Assembly: GCA_964486045.1 (NCBI GenBank)
Contig: CAZALK010000009.1
Coordinates: 128,001 to 192,000 of the forward strand
Source of the DNA: an uncultured archaeon
GTDB lineage: Archaea; Asgardarchaeota; Lokiarchaeia; Sigyniarchaeales; SOKP01
DNA: 64,000 nt
Direction: 5' to 3'
The position numbers and the translations under genes were made by a program. Of this stretch, positions 1 to 11,054 are shown piece by piece (within the stretch, counting starts at the first letter, position 1; each line of letters begins with the position of its first letter). The notes below the pieces were generated by a model. The model was not told the DNA's origin. It searched no databases and saw only the letters and a program-made list of their open reading frames with translations.

Positions 1-53
1 TTATAGTCTGAAAAAATTTCCGATAGATCCCATTTTATTTCTTTTTCTGTCAT
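1..53 (-). CDS. N-terminus of probable oligoendopeptidase F (M3 family), truncated by window edge
   Basis: ATG at 53 gives MTEKEIKWDLSEIFSDY; WDLSxIF is the typical PepF N-terminal motif. Confidence 0.5.
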   Translation of the reverse strand, partial: MTEKEIKWDLSEIFSDY

Positions 54-109
54 GATAATCGAGAGTTTTAAATTTAATATAAATTAGAATCATTTCCTTG
101 TTAAAAAAA

Positions 110-1669
110 TTATTCATATTCGATTGTGCTTGGTGGTTTATTAGAGATATCATAAACCACACGGTTAAAACCTTGTACTTCGTTAATTATTCGTGTGCTA
201 ATTTTCTCTAACAGGTTCATATCTAACTTCGCAAAATTAGCTGTCATAACATCAAGAGATTCTACAGCTCTGATAGCACAAATATTTTCATATGTACGAA
301 AATCTCCCATAACCCCGACTGTTTTTAATGGAAGAAAAACACAAAATACTTGCCAAAGGCTTTCATACAAGCCAGCATTTCTTATTTCTTCAATTAATAT
401 CTCATCAGCATCTCGTAAAATCTTCAGTTTCTCTTTATCTACAGAACCAATTATCCTTACGGCTAATCCTGGTCCTGGGAAGGGATGTCGATTGATTATC
501 TCTTTAGGTAATCCTAAGCTTAGCCCTATCCTTCTAACTTCGTCCTTATATAAATCTTTTAGCGGTTCTATAATTTCTAACATCATATTTTCGGGTAGAG
601 TTAAGTTATGATGAGATTTAATTTTTGCAGAAGTGTTGCTTGTAGCACTTGATTCAACACGATCTGGATAAATCGTTCCTTGAGCAAGAAATTTTATATT
701 AGGAAATTCTTTCTCTAATTCAATGGTCTTATTCTCAAAGACTTCAATGAATGTATGGCCTATTACTCGTCGCTTTTCCTCAGGATCTTCTATTCCATTA
801 AGTCTATTAAGAAATAAATCCTCCGCATCCATATAGTGGAAGTTCTTAAACTTTAATTTCTTTCTAAAAGTTTCTTGAACCTCAACCACTTCATTTTTGC
901 GTAATACTCCATTATTTACAAAAATACTATGTAATCGATCTCCAATAGCCTTATGCAATAATACTGCAGTAACAGAAGAATCTACCCCACCACTTAATCC
1001 CAAAATAACTTTTTTATCTGGACCAACCGTTTCTCTTATATTCTCTATTGTTTGATCAACCCAGTTCTCTAATTTCCATTGCCTTTTAGCTTTAGCATAT
1101 TTAATAGCAAAATTTTCGAGTACTACTCTACCCTTAGGTGTGTGGTCTACTTCTGGGTGGAATTGAACACCAAATAAATTTTCTTGGTTATTAGCAAAGA
1201 CTGCAATTGGACATGTTGCCGTTCTCGCCAAAACGTTAAAGCCCTTAGGTAATTCTTCTATTTGATCTCCATGAGACATCCACACTGTTTCAATATTGTT
1301 AAAACCTTCAAGTAGACTGTCACCAATTAACATATTCAGATCTGACTGACCATATTCCTTATGGTCATGTGATTCAATTTTTCCTTTTAATTGGTGTACT
1401 ATAAGATGATGCCCATAACAAATACCTAATACTGGTATCTCTTTTTCAGAAACATAATTATAAAAATCCTCAGGTAATTGTGGGCTTCCTTCGTCATAGA
1501 CACTATTAGGACCACCCGATAAAATGATACCTTTGGGATTTATGGCTTTAATCTTTTCAAGAGCAACATTATAGGGTAATATTTCTGAATACACACCTAA
1601 ATCTCTGATTCTTCTCGCGATTAAGTGACAATATTGACCCCCGAAATCTAACACGAGTATTGTATCCAT
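110..1669 (-). CDS. guaA: GMP synthase (glutamine-hydrolysing), fused GATase + ATPPase
   Basis: LDFGGQY, GICYG, QFHPEV, LSGGVDSS, IKSHHN, RHPFPGPGLAVR, KPPSTIEYE; likely start ATG 1669 (track start 1699). Confidence 0.97.
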   Translation of the reverse strand: MDTILVLDFGGQYCHLIARRIRDLGVYSEILPYNVALEKIKAINPKGIILSGGPNSVYDEGSPQLPEDFYNYVSEKEIPVLGICYGHHLIVHQLKGKIESHDHKEYGQSDLNMLIGDSLLEGFNNIETVWMSHGDQIEELPKGFNVLARTATCPIAVFANNQENLFGVQFHPEVDHTPKGRVVLENFAIKYAKAKRQWKLENWVDQTIENIRETVGPDKKVILGLSGGVDSSVTAVLLHKAIGDRLHSIFVNNGVLRKNEVVEVQETFRKKLKFKNFHYMDAEDLFLNRLNGIEDPEEKRRVIGHTFIEVFENKTIELEKEFPNIKFLAQGTIYPDRVESSATSNTSAKIKSHHNLTLPENMMLEIIEPLKDLYKDEVRRIGLSLGLPKEIINRHPFPGPGLAVRIIGSVDKEKLKILRDADEILIEEIRNAGLYESLWQVFCVFLPLKTVGVMGDFRTYENICAIRAVESLDVMTANFAKLDMNLLEKISTRIINEVQGFNRVVYDISNKPPSTIEYE

Positions 1670-1801
1670 GATTAAATATATAAATCTTTCATTTGTCAAA
1701 AATATTATTATCCAATCTTTAACTTGCCATTAATAATCAAAAATTTAAAATTTATACAATCTTTTAAAAATCTAAAGTAGAAATCATGGTATTGCGATAA
1801 A

Positions 1802-2302
1802 TTGACCCAAGAAATTCTCAATGAAATAAACGGTGAGGAGAAAAGCAAGATTAAGGAAATCTTGAAAATTTACGAGAACGAAAGAGGAAATGTAATTTCA
1901 ATATTACAAAAAATTCAAGAAACCTATCAATATTTACCTTCAAACGTCTTATTTTACATATCTAAGAGATTAAATATTTCTCCTGCTGAAATATTTGGAG
2001 TAGCAACTTTCTATACACAGTTTAAATTTAAAAAAATGGGTAAAAATTCCCTTATATGCTGTGATGGTACTGCTTGTCATGTTAATGGTAGTCCAATTTT
2101 ATTAAGTTTCGTTGAAAATGAACTAGGGATAAAATCTGGTGAAATAACTGAAAATAAGATGTTTTCCATAGAATCTGTTGCGTGTTTGGGGTGTTGTGCA
2201 ATCTCTCCTGTGTGTGTAATTAATGGGCAGATTTATGGAGATTTAACATTGAAAAGGTTCAGAACAATATTAAAGAATTTGATGAAAAACCAAAACATAT
2301 AG
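1802..2302 (+). CDS. NuoE/HydC(BfuC)-like 2Fe-2S subunit
   Basis: GVATFY, CDGTACHVNG, VACLGCCAISP thioredoxin-like [2Fe-2S] motif. Confidence 0.93.
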   Translation: MTQEILNEINGEEKSKIKEILKIYENERGNVISILQKIQETYQYLPSNVLFYISKRLNISPAEIFGVATFYTQFKFKKMGKNSLICCDGTACHVNGSPILLSFVENELGIKSGEITENKMFSIESVACLGCCAISPVCVINGQIYGDLTLKRFRTILKNLMKNQNI

Positions 2303-2313
2303 TTTTTTAAACA

Positions 2314-4134
2314 ATGAGTAAAACCTTGAATGAAAGAACAATCTTAGTTTGCAGGGGTAGTGGATGTAATTCGATGAATGCACTGGGAATTAACTCTACA
2401 TTGAAAAATTTAATTCAAGACTTAAATTTATCCGATTACTTGAAAATTAAATTGACAGGGTGTCAAGGTTTCTGCCAATTTGGCCCACAATTGATAATAA
2501 AACCAGACAATGTTTTATATGTTAAGTTAAAGACAAAAGATATTGAAGAAATTGTTGAGTCTCATTTAATTGGAAATAATATTGTTGAACGTCTGTTATA
2601 TGAGGATCCCACCTCGGGGAAACGGATCAGAAACATGGATGAAATTCTATTCTATAAGGAACAAATGCCAATTTTAAGGAAGTATTGTGGGAGGATTAAT
2701 CCTGAAGATATCAACGAGTATATTCATGTAGGGGGCTATTTATCACTAAAAAAAGCGCTTGAGGACATGAATCCGGAGGAAGTTATTACTGAAATAAAAA
2801 ATTCTGGATTACGTGGAAGGGGAGGAGCTGGTTTTCTAACAGGACAAAAATGGTGGGCATGTCGAAATGCTATTGGTCTCCCCAAATATTTAATCGCTAA
2901 TGGAGATGAGGGAGATCCAGGAGCATTTATGGATAGGTCACTATTAGAAGCTGATCCCCATAGCGTTATAGAAGGGATGATTATTGCTGCCTATGCGATA
3001 GGTGCTAATTATGGATACATATATGTTCGTGCCGAATATCCTCTTGCCATCAAACGTCTTGAGATAGCACTAAATCAAGCAAGAAAGGAAAATCTCCTTG
3101 GAAAAAATATTCTTAATTATGAACTTGATTTTGATATAATATTAAAAAAAGGGGCTGGAGCATTTGTTTGTGGTGAAGAAACAGCGTTAATGGCAGCTAT
3201 TACCGGTAAACGTGGAATGCCTCGACCTAGGCCTCCCTATCCATCTACCTCAGGTGTATGGGATAAACCAACAAATATCAATAATGTTAAAACTTATGCT
3301 TATATTCCAAGAATTATTAAGAATGGTTCAAACTGGTTTAATTCAATAGGATCTGAGAATGCTTCTGGAACATTTGTCGTCGCTTTAACTGGAAAAATTA
3401 ATAATTCAGGATTAGTAGAAGTTCCTATGGGAACTAAAATAAATAAACTAGTTTTCGAGATTGGTGGAGGTATCCCTAATGGCAAAAAATTTAAAGCGGT
3501 TCAAATTGGTGGTCCCTCTGGAGGATGCATTCCAGAAGAACTGTCAGATACTAAAATGGATTATGAGAGCATTACCTCTTTAGGCTCTATAATGGGTTCA
3601 GGAGGTTTTATTGTATTAGATGAAGATACTTGTATGGTAGAATTAGCCCATTATTTTATAGCTTTTACTCAAGACGAATCTTGTGGAAAGTGTGTTCCAT
3701 GTAGAATAGGGACTAAAAGAATGCTAGATCTCCTTACAGATATTAGAGAGGGTAAAGCAAATCTAACAGATTTAGATAGTTTAGAAAAATTAGCAAAAAT
3801 TGTAAAGAAAACTAGTTTATGTGGATTAGGTCAAACAGCACCCAATCCGGTTCTTACAACCCTTAAGTATTTTAGAGATGAATATGAAGCGCATATAGTA
3901 GAAAAAAGTTGCCCGGCTCTTGTTTGCAAAAATCTAATTTCATTTTTAATAGATAAAAACACGTGTACAGGTTGTGAAATTTGTAAAAATAGTTGTCCTT
4001 CTAAGGCGATAACAGGCATTGCTAAAGAATCTCATCTCATTAATTCTGATTTATGTGTCAGATGTGAAATATGTTTTAATTTATGTCCATATAATTCAAT
4101 TTCTAAAGTGCCAAAATATAGAATAAACGGGTGA
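2314..4134 (+). CDS. NuoF/HydB(BfuB)-like FMN/NADH-binding subunit with N-terminal 2Fe-2S and C-terminal 2x[4Fe-4S]
   Basis: SGLRGRGGAGF, NGDEGDPGAFMDR, GAGAFVCGEETAL, ESCGKCVPCRIG, CGLGQTAPNP, two C-terminal ferredoxin motifs. Confidence 0.95.
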   Translation: MSKTLNERTILVCRGSGCNSMNALGINSTLKNLIQDLNLSDYLKIKLTGCQGFCQFGPQLIIKPDNVLYVKLKTKDIEEIVESHLIGNNIVERLLYEDPTSGKRIRNMDEILFYKEQMPILRKYCGRINPEDINEYIHVGGYLSLKKALEDMNPEEVITEIKNSGLRGRGGAGFLTGQKWWACRNAIGLPKYLIANGDEGDPGAFMDRSLLEADPHSVIEGMIIAAYAIGANYGYIYVRAEYPLAIKRLEIALNQARKENLLGKNILNYELDFDIILKKGAGAFVCGEETALMAAITGKRGMPRPRPPYPSTSGVWDKPTNINNVKTYAYIPRIIKNGSNWFNSIGSENASGTFVVALTGKINNSGLVEVPMGTKINKLVFEIGGGIPNGKKFKAVQIGGPSGGCIPEELSDTKMDYESITSLGSIMGSGGFIVLDEDTCMVELAHYFIAFTQDESCGKCVPCRIGTKRMLDLLTDIREGKANLTDLDSLEKLAKIVKKTSLCGLGQTAPNPVLTTLKYFRDEYEAHIVEKSCPALVCKNLISFLIDKNTCTGCEICKNSCPSKAITGIAKESHLINSDLCVRCEICFNLCPYNSISKVPKYRING

Positions 4135-4141
4135 ATCAACG

Positions 4142-6817
4142 ATGAACGATAAAAAGTCTTTAAAAATCAATGAAACAATTATTGAATTTTCAGATGGACC
4201 AACGATTTTAGAAGTCGCTACAAAGGCAGGCATATACATTCCTACACTCTGTTACATAGAAAACTTGACGCCTTATGGAGGTTGTAGACTTTGCATAATA
4301 AAAGTTGAAGGTATGAAAGGATATCCTACAGCCTGTTCAACTCTTGCCAAAAATGATATGAAAATTATCACTGATGATGAGGAGCTTCAAGAATTAAGAA
4401 GAGAAGTAGTAAAACTTACCTTGAGTGAGCACCCTTTCTCTTGCCTTGTTTGTGACAATAACGGTAAGTGTGAGGAAGACAGAAGGAATGAGGGTAAAGC
4501 AGGTCGTTCCTTTGGATGTTTTTTTTGCTCAAGTAAGACCAATTGTGATTTGAGGAAAATAACTAATTTCCTTGGAATAAATGATATTGAATATCAATTA
4601 GAGTACAGAAATTCACCTTTAAAGAGAAAAGATCCATTTATTGAAATAGACCCAAATATGTGTATTTTATGCGGTAAATGTGTTAGGACTTGTAATGAAT
4701 TGAGAAACATTGGTGCAATTAATTTTACTCAACGAGGGCATGATACAAAAGTATCGACTGCTTTTGACTTATCACTCATCGATACGAATTGCCAATTTTG
4801 TGGTGCTTGTATAGATATTTGCCCCACGGGAGCGATAACCTCCAAAAATACAAAATGGTTTGACAAAGATAGTAATGTGACAGCATCTATATGTGGATTT
4901 TGTAGCATAGGATGTAAATTTGACTATTATTCTCATAATGGATTGTTAGTTGAATCAATTCCAAATAAAATTAATTATAATAGTAACAAATACCCTTGTA
5001 TGTTTGGCAGATTCTGTATAGTTCCATTTAACAATGGAAATAACAGATTAAAGTATCCTTTAATCAAAAAAAATGATGAATTAATCCCAAGTCAGTGGGA
5101 TGAGGCTTACTACGTTATTAAAGAAAGTTTAATGAAATATGAACCTGAAGAAATTGCTGTTTTGGCTTCAGTAGATTTATCTAATGAATCTGCTTATATT
5201 TTAAATAAACTTTCCCGAAGAGTCCTAAAAACTGACAATATTGGTATAATTCCTAATAGTAATCACTCAGATCATCTCTGGAGAAATGCAAATATCATCG
5301 GTGTTTGTAAAAATTTAAATTTAGGCAACAGGAAATCTCACGAAGAAATTATCAAGAATATTAAAGGAGGGAAAATAAAAGCTCTTTACCTTACCGAGAG
5401 AGTGGTTAATCCAGATTTCCTGAAGGATGTTGAATTTCTAATTTTACAAGATATATATCCTTCAGACTGCTTTCAATATGCCAATGTAATTCTTCCAACA
5501 TGTACATTTATAGAGGACTCAGGATCAATTTTAAGTACTGAGCAATCAATCAGTCAATTTTTTAAAGCCTCTTCAAATGTAGGTGAATCAAAACCAGACT
5601 GGAAAATTTTTTGTGAATTAGCAAAGCAATACGATAGTTTGATGGGTGAAGATTTCAATTTCTCCAATTCTGATGGAATTTTTGAAGAAATGAAGAAAGA
5701 GTACTCTGATAATAATGTACATAATTTTGAAGGTTTTATAGAAAATTTAAAAATACCTCTACTTTCTTTTGAGGAGAAAATTTATGAATATATTAACCAA
5801 CCCTCAAAATTGGAATTGTTTAAATATCGAGGGGAATCGATATCAGATCAAGTAAAAGATCTAAAGCATTTAATTGACTATCGCGGTTTTAAAAAAGATA
5901 GTAAAGAATCTAATGTTCCGCTCATAGAATTAATTGAAACTAGATTTAAAGTTATATCAAATAACGAAATTGCGATCAACTTCTTCCAATTAGTGATAGA
6001 AGCACCTTTAATTGCTAAAAAAGCAAAACCAAGCAATTTTGTCATTTTAATGAAGGATGAGAAGAGTGAAAGAATTCCAATAACTATCTCCAGTTGGGAC
6101 CCAAATAAAGGAATTATAACTCTTTTCTTCCAGGAAGCAGGATATTCCACAATGAAATTAACAGATCTTAATGCGGGGGATTATTTATATAGCATAGTTG
6201 GTCCATTAGGAAAGGATATCGAAATTAAAAATTTTGGCACGGTTTTATTGGCAGGCGGATGTTATGGAAATGGGGCAATTTATCCTATAGCTAAAGCTTT
6301 AAAATCCGCTGGAAATAAAGTAAATGTAATTCTAGAGGCTCGAAATGAGAATTTATTTTATTTAGAAGAGGAATTTGAAGAAATTTCAGACTTTATAATT
6401 TACTGCACCTCAGATGGTTCTAAAGGTTTGAAAGGTAAAATTCAAGTAGGATTAAAGCACATGTTCAACCGGGGTATTGATGTAGACAGAGCTTATTTTA
6501 TTGGATGCACTTATATGATGAGAGATGCTTCAATCTATACTAAAGAAAACGGAAACATCCCTACTTTTGTAAGTTTGAATACTATCATGATTGATGGGAC
6601 AGGAATGTGTGGGTGCTGTCGCCTAACATTACTTCAGGATGGAAAAGAGTTGACCAAATTTGCATGTATAGATGGTCCAATGTTCAATGGTCATCAAATC
6701 AAATGGGATGAATTATTATCTCGTAATGAAAGGTTTGAAGAGCCTGAGATCTCCATTTATCAAAACCACTCTTGTAAAGCTATAGAAAAATTCAATAAAG
6801 GTGGTAGCAATGGGTGA
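4142..6817 (+). CDS. Fusion: NuoG/HydA(BfuA)-like Fe-S N-terminus + truncated molybdopterin-oxidoreductase-like region + NfnA/SudB-like FAD/2Fe-2S domain
   Basis: IPTLC..GGCRLC, HxxxCxxC, CILCGKCVRTC, CQFCGACIDICP, CGFCSIGC; C-terminal ERIPITI, GPLG, MIDGTGMCGCCR, FACIDGP. Confidence 0.85.
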   Translation: MNDKKSLKINETIIEFSDGPTILEVATKAGIYIPTLCYIENLTPYGGCRLCIIKVEGMKGYPTACSTLAKNDMKIITDDEELQELRREVVKLTLSEHPFSCLVCDNNGKCEEDRRNEGKAGRSFGCFFCSSKTNCDLRKITNFLGINDIEYQLEYRNSPLKRKDPFIEIDPNMCILCGKCVRTCNELRNIGAINFTQRGHDTKVSTAFDLSLIDTNCQFCGACIDICPTGAITSKNTKWFDKDSNVTASICGFCSIGCKFDYYSHNGLLVESIPNKINYNSNKYPCMFGRFCIVPFNNGNNRLKYPLIKKNDELIPSQWDEAYYVIKESLMKYEPEEIAVLASVDLSNESAYILNKLSRRVLKTDNIGIIPNSNHSDHLWRNANIIGVCKNLNLGNRKSHEEIIKNIKGGKIKALYLTERVVNPDFLKDVEFLILQDIYPSDCFQYANVILPTCTFIEDSGSILSTEQSISQFFKASSNVGESKPDWKIFCELAKQYDSLMGEDFNFSNSDGIFEEMKKEYSDNNVHNFEGFIENLKIPLLSFEEKIYEYINQPSKLELFKYRGESISDQVKDLKHLIDYRGFKKDSKESNVPLIELIETRFKVISNNEIAINFFQLVIEAPLIAKKAKPSNFVILMKDEKSERIPITISSWDPNKGIITLFFQEAGYSTMKLTDLNAGDYLYSIVGPLGKDIEIKNFGTVLLAGGCYGNGAIYPIAKALKSAGNKVNVILEARNENLFYLEEEFEEISDFIIYCTSDGSKGLKGKIQVGLKHMFNRGIDVDRAYFIGCTYMMRDASIYTKENGNIPTFVSLNTIMIDGTGMCGCCRLTLLQDGKELTKFACIDGPMFNGHQIKWDELLSRNERFEEPEISIYQNHSCKAIEKFNKGGSNG

Positions 6818-8228
6818 GAGTGCACCAAAGAAGAAACTTATTCGAATTCCTCGTCATGAAATGCCAACACAAGATCCTAACCTAAGAGTTAGAAACTTTG
6901 AAGAAGTTAATTTAGGTTATAATACTGAAACTGCAAAAGAGGAAGCAAAAAGATGTTTACAATGCGCAAAACCCCTCTGCGTTGAAGGATGTCCAGTTAA
7001 TATCAATATTCCAGAATTTATCAGACTGGTAAAAGATGGAGAAATTCAAGAAGCCATCAGGAGCTTAAAAGAATATAATATCTTACCTGCAATATGTGGG
7101 AGAGTATGTCAACAAGAACGCCAATGTGAATCAAAATGTGTTATGCGAAAGCGGTTTAAATCTGTAGCTATAGGAAATCTTGAGAGATTTATAGCAGATT
7201 GGGAAAGAGCAAATCAACTTAAGGAATGTCCTGATTGTGAGCCCCCAAACAATATTAAAGTGGCTATAATAGGTTCGGGTCCAGCAGGACTTACTTGTGC
7301 AGCAGATATGGCTAGATTTGGATATAATGTTACGATCTTTGAAGCTTTCCATAAGGGTGGTGGAGTTTTGGTATACGGAATTCCAGAGTTTAGACTCCCA
7401 AAAGAAGTAGTGGAAGAAGAAATTGAAACCCTCAAAATGTTGGGCGTAACTATTGAATATAATATGATTATTGGAAAAATCTTAACGATTGAGGACTTAC
7501 AATCTATGGGATTTAAGGCAATTTTTATAGGGATTGGTGCCGGTAGCCCAAGATTTTTAGGTATCTCTGGAGAAAATTTAAAAGGAATAGTATCTGCTAA
7601 TGAATATTTAACTAGAACCAACTTAATGAAGGCTTATGAATTTCCCAAATATAAAACACCTATTGTGAAAGGTAAAAATATAGTTGTCATTGGTGGAGGG
7701 AATACTGCTATGGATTCAGCGAGAACAGCATTAAGACTTGGGGCGAAGACAGTTACAATTGTATATCGACGGGCTATGGAACAACTGCCAGCAAGATTAG
7801 AAGAGGTACATCATGGGGAAGAAGAGGGAATCGTTTTCAAACTTTTAACAAATCCTGTTAGATTTAATGGGAATGAAGAAGGCAAGGTCAAAGAATTAGA
7901 AGTAGTTAAAATGAAACTAGGAGAACATGACAGTTCTGGAAGGGCGCGACCACTACCAATTGAAAACTCAGAATTTATTATAAAAACCGATTTAGTTATT
8001 ATAGGGATAGGAAACAATGCCAATCCTTTACTAACTTCAACTTATCCCGCTCTTGAATTAAATAAGTGGGGGAATATTATAGCGGATGAAAATGGTCAAA
8101 CAAATATCGAAGCGATTTATGCTGGGGGAGATATAGTTTCAGGAGCAGCAACAGTGATATCTGCAATGGGTGCCGGGAGAATCGCAGCTAAAGCTATGAA
8201 CCAATATCTAAAATTAAAATATCTATAA
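6810..8228 (+). CDS. NfnB/SudA/GltD-like NADPH-dependent flavoprotein large subunit
   Basis: RCLQC..CVEGCP, CGRVC, IGSGPAGL, YGIPEFRLPK, IGGGNTAMD, YAGGDIVSG; ATG 6810 overlaps the end of the upstream gene. Confidence 0.92.
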   Translation: MGESAPKKKLIRIPRHEMPTQDPNLRVRNFEEVNLGYNTETAKEEAKRCLQCAKPLCVEGCPVNINIPEFIRLVKDGEIQEAIRSLKEYNILPAICGRVCQQERQCESKCVMRKRFKSVAIGNLERFIADWERANQLKECPDCEPPNNIKVAIIGSGPAGLTCAADMARFGYNVTIFEAFHKGGGVLVYGIPEFRLPKEVVEEEIETLKMLGVTIEYNMIIGKILTIEDLQSMGFKAIFIGIGAGSPRFLGISGENLKGIVSANEYLTRTNLMKAYEFPKYKTPIVKGKNIVVIGGGNTAMDSARTALRLGAKTVTIVYRRAMEQLPARLEEVHHGEEEGIVFKLLTNPVRFNGNEEGKVKELEVVKMKLGEHDSSGRARPLPIENSEFIIKTDLVIIGIGNNANPLLTSTYPALELNKWGNIIADENGQTNIEAIYAGGDIVSGAATVISAMGAGRIAAKAMNQYLKLKYL

Positions 8229-8420
8229 ATGTATTAACATTTATTACTTACTTTAAAATTTTTGATGATTTCCCAGATCTTTCCCGCTTTACTCATGTAT
8301 TAGAAGTGTTTTATATAATGAATTATTATTCAAATTATCCTAAATAAAATACAGATTTCTTCAGATATTTTATTATTATTTCTTAAAAATTGAAAAAAAT
8401 TCATTTTGAGACTGAATAAT

Positions 8421-9671
8421 ATGAGTGAAAATTTAGATCCATTTCAAATAGCCCAAAAACAACTTTACGATGCTTGCAAGCTGATTAATTATGATAGTGA
8501 AATCTATGAAGCCTTAAGCGTTCCAGAACGATTCATACAAATTAAAATAACCATGAAGATGGATAACGGATCAATTAAAACATTTCAAGGTTTTCGATGT
8601 CAGTATAATTCTGCTAGAGGGCCTATGAAAGGGGGGATTAGATGGCATCCTGATGAATCTGCTTCTCTTATAAAAGCCTTATCTGCGTGGATGACATGGA
8701 AAACAGCCTGTGTTGATATCCCCTTGGGTGGTGCTAAGGGTGGAATAATTTGTAATCCAAAAGAGATGAGTAAAAGAGAGCTCGAAACTCTAGCAAGAAG
8801 CTATATTAGACGGCTTGCTGATGTTATTGGACCAAATATTGATGTTCCTGCTCCTGACGTTTACACAAATCCCCAGATAATGGGGTGGATGCTCGATGAA
8901 TACGAAACCATAGTCCGTAGGCATGCACCTTCAGTCATTACGGGAAAACCCTTACCGTTAGGTGGTAGTGCTGGAAGGTCAATTGCAACGGCTAAAGGCG
9001 GAGTTTTTACTATCAGAGAAGCAGCAAAAGACTTGAACTTAAATTTAAATGGTGCGAAAGTAGTAGTCCAAGGTTATGGAAATGCTGGTTCCTGGGTTGC
9101 AAAGATTTTACATGATGATTTTAATTGTAATATCATTGCAGTTTCTGATTCTAAAGGAGGGATTTTCAATAAAAATGGTATTGATCCCTATGAAGTAGCC
9201 TCTTTTAAAGAAAAGACATCAACTGTTGTTGGATTAAAAGGTTCTGAAGAAATTTCAAATAAAGAATTGTTAGAGCTAGAATGTGATGTATTAGTTCCTG
9301 CGGCTTTAGAAAATGTCATAACTAGGAAGAATGCTGAAAATATTAACTGTAAAATTGTAGCTGAACTTGCTAATGGTCCAACTACTCCAGATGCTGATCA
9401 AAAACTTTCTGAGAAGGGAATTCTCGTAATTCCTGATTTTTTATGTAATGCAGGAGGAGTTACTGTATCATATTTTGAGATGGTACAAGGCTATTATCGC
9501 TATTTTTGGACAGAAGCAGAAGTTTTTGAAGCATTAGATAGAGTTATGACACGAGCTTATCGTTCTACTGTTGACGAAGCGGCAAAATTCGATACAAACA
9601 ACAGAATGGGCGCTTATATCATTTCTATAGAGAGAGTTTTAACGGCAATGCGACTTAGAGGATGGATTTAA
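8421..9671 (+). CDS. gdhA: Glutamate dehydrogenase (Glu/Leu/Phe/Val family)
   Basis: KGGIRWHP, GGAKGG, DVPAPDV, QGYGNAG, ELANGP, NAGGVTVSYFE. Confidence 0.95.
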   Translation: MSENLDPFQIAQKQLYDACKLINYDSEIYEALSVPERFIQIKITMKMDNGSIKTFQGFRCQYNSARGPMKGGIRWHPDESASLIKALSAWMTWKTACVDIPLGGAKGGIICNPKEMSKRELETLARSYIRRLADVIGPNIDVPAPDVYTNPQIMGWMLDEYETIVRRHAPSVITGKPLPLGGSAGRSIATAKGGVFTIREAAKDLNLNLNGAKVVVQGYGNAGSWVAKILHDDFNCNIIAVSDSKGGIFNKNGIDPYEVASFKEKTSTVVGLKGSEEISNKELLELECDVLVPAALENVITRKNAENINCKIVAELANGPTTPDADQKLSEKGILVIPDFLCNAGGVTVSYFEMVQGYYRYFWTEAEVFEALDRVMTRAYRSTVDEAAKFDTNNRMGAYIISIERVLTAMRLRGWI

Positions 9672-9737
9672 CCCAAAAAACTTTATTTAACATTTCTTCA
9701 ATTCACATATCATTTCAATAATTCCTATAGTGATTTT

Positions 9738-11054
9738 CTATCCAAAAAATGGGACTAAGATCAATAAATACAATATCGCTATACCGATGTGAACAAAAGC
9801 AAATATAGCTCCCATCTTTAACAACCGTTTGTAATTGAAATTTTCTACTCCTGAATCTCGTGCAATTTTTAGAGTCATCATATCGCAAGCTGCTCCTGAA
9901 GGCAAGAAATTTCCACCAAGATTGATACCGATTACAAGTGAAAAAAACAAGGGAATTGATGAGAAACCAAAACCACCGTTGGACACTGGTTCTATTAATA
10001 ATCCAATTATCGGGATAAAAATTAACGCTGTTGGAGTATTTGCAACAACACCAGAGATAAAACTAATGATTATTAATATAAGAAAAGCTAAAACAAATGG
10101 ATTTAAAGCCTCAAACGGGATCAATTCAAAAAGCTCTCCAAATCCAGCTTCTATAAGGCAACCAACGACTACATATAGTGAAATGAAAAAGAACAGGATT
10201 TCCCATTCAATATCTTTTAACATTTCACTCATAGATTTTTTTGTATAACTTTTATTAGCGAGAACCAATATTATCGCAGAAATTACCGCGGTTAAATATA
10301 GTAGTGGGAGAATACCAAACAGAATAATTGTTATTATTATAGCCGTTCCATTAAAATAAAACATCCTTTTATTTTTTACCATAGTATCAGTATCTATTAA
10401 ATCTAGAACATATTTTTTTTGTAACTCTTCTATTTTTGGCTCTTTACTTAAAACAAATTTATCTAAAAGAAAAATTGTGCCAAACAATAAAAGGAATGAA
10501 AATATCCAATAAAACTGAATAAAATAAAGTGTGTTGAGCTCGGAAAATGCAGTAGAAATAATAATGTTTTCTCCACTTGAGAAAGGAGTTAATATTGAGC
10601 CAATATTAATACAAATCGTCATTCCTAGAAGGTAAGTTCCAGCTTTTATTTTAAGAAAGTGGCAAAGTCGAATTACTATAGGTGCTAATATTAAAACCAC
10701 AACTACATCGCTTATAATTGAAGCTAGAAGAGTAGTAATTATACAGAGAAGCCAAAAAAATATTCTTTGGTTACCTTTTGATAATTTAAAAAGCTTTACA
10801 GCTATAAATTCTAAAATATTCGAATCCTGAGCTATCTTTGTTATCAGGCTCATGCTTAATATTATAATAATTGCTTCCCATTCAATAAATCCAATAAAAG
10901 TATCAAATCCTATCCCTATGACTGCACCAGTGATAGTTGCTGCAATAAAACAACATAAAAGTGAAATTGCTACAACATCTAAATTAGATTTCGAATAGCT
11001 TAGAATTATTAATCCAAACAATATAAAAAGAATGATGAGAAGGATAATATTCAT
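9738..11054 (-). CDS. ArsB/NhaD/SLC13-type ion transporter
   Basis: About 12 hydrophobic segments; NIGSILTP..NIII and NLGGNFLP motifs. Confidence 0.8.
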   Translation of the reverse strand: MNIILLIILFILFGLIILSYSKSNLDVVAISLLCCFIAATITGAVIGIGFDTFIGFIEWEAIIIILSMSLITKIAQDSNILEFIAVKLFKLSKGNQRIFFWLLCIITTLLASIISDVVVVLILAPIVIRLCHFLKIKAGTYLLGMTICINIGSILTPFSSGENIIISTAFSELNTLYFIQFYWIFSFLLLFGTIFLLDKFVLSKEPKIEELQKKYVLDLIDTDTMVKNKRMFYFNGTAIIITIILFGILPLLYLTAVISAIILVLANKSYTKKSMSEMLKDIEWEILFFFISLYVVVGCLIEAGFGELFELIPFEALNPFVLAFLILIIISFISGVVANTPTALIFIPIIGLLIEPVSNGGFGFSSIPLFFSLVIGINLGGNFLPSGAACDMMTLKIARDSGVENFNYKRLLKMGAIFAFVHIGIAILYLLILVPFFG

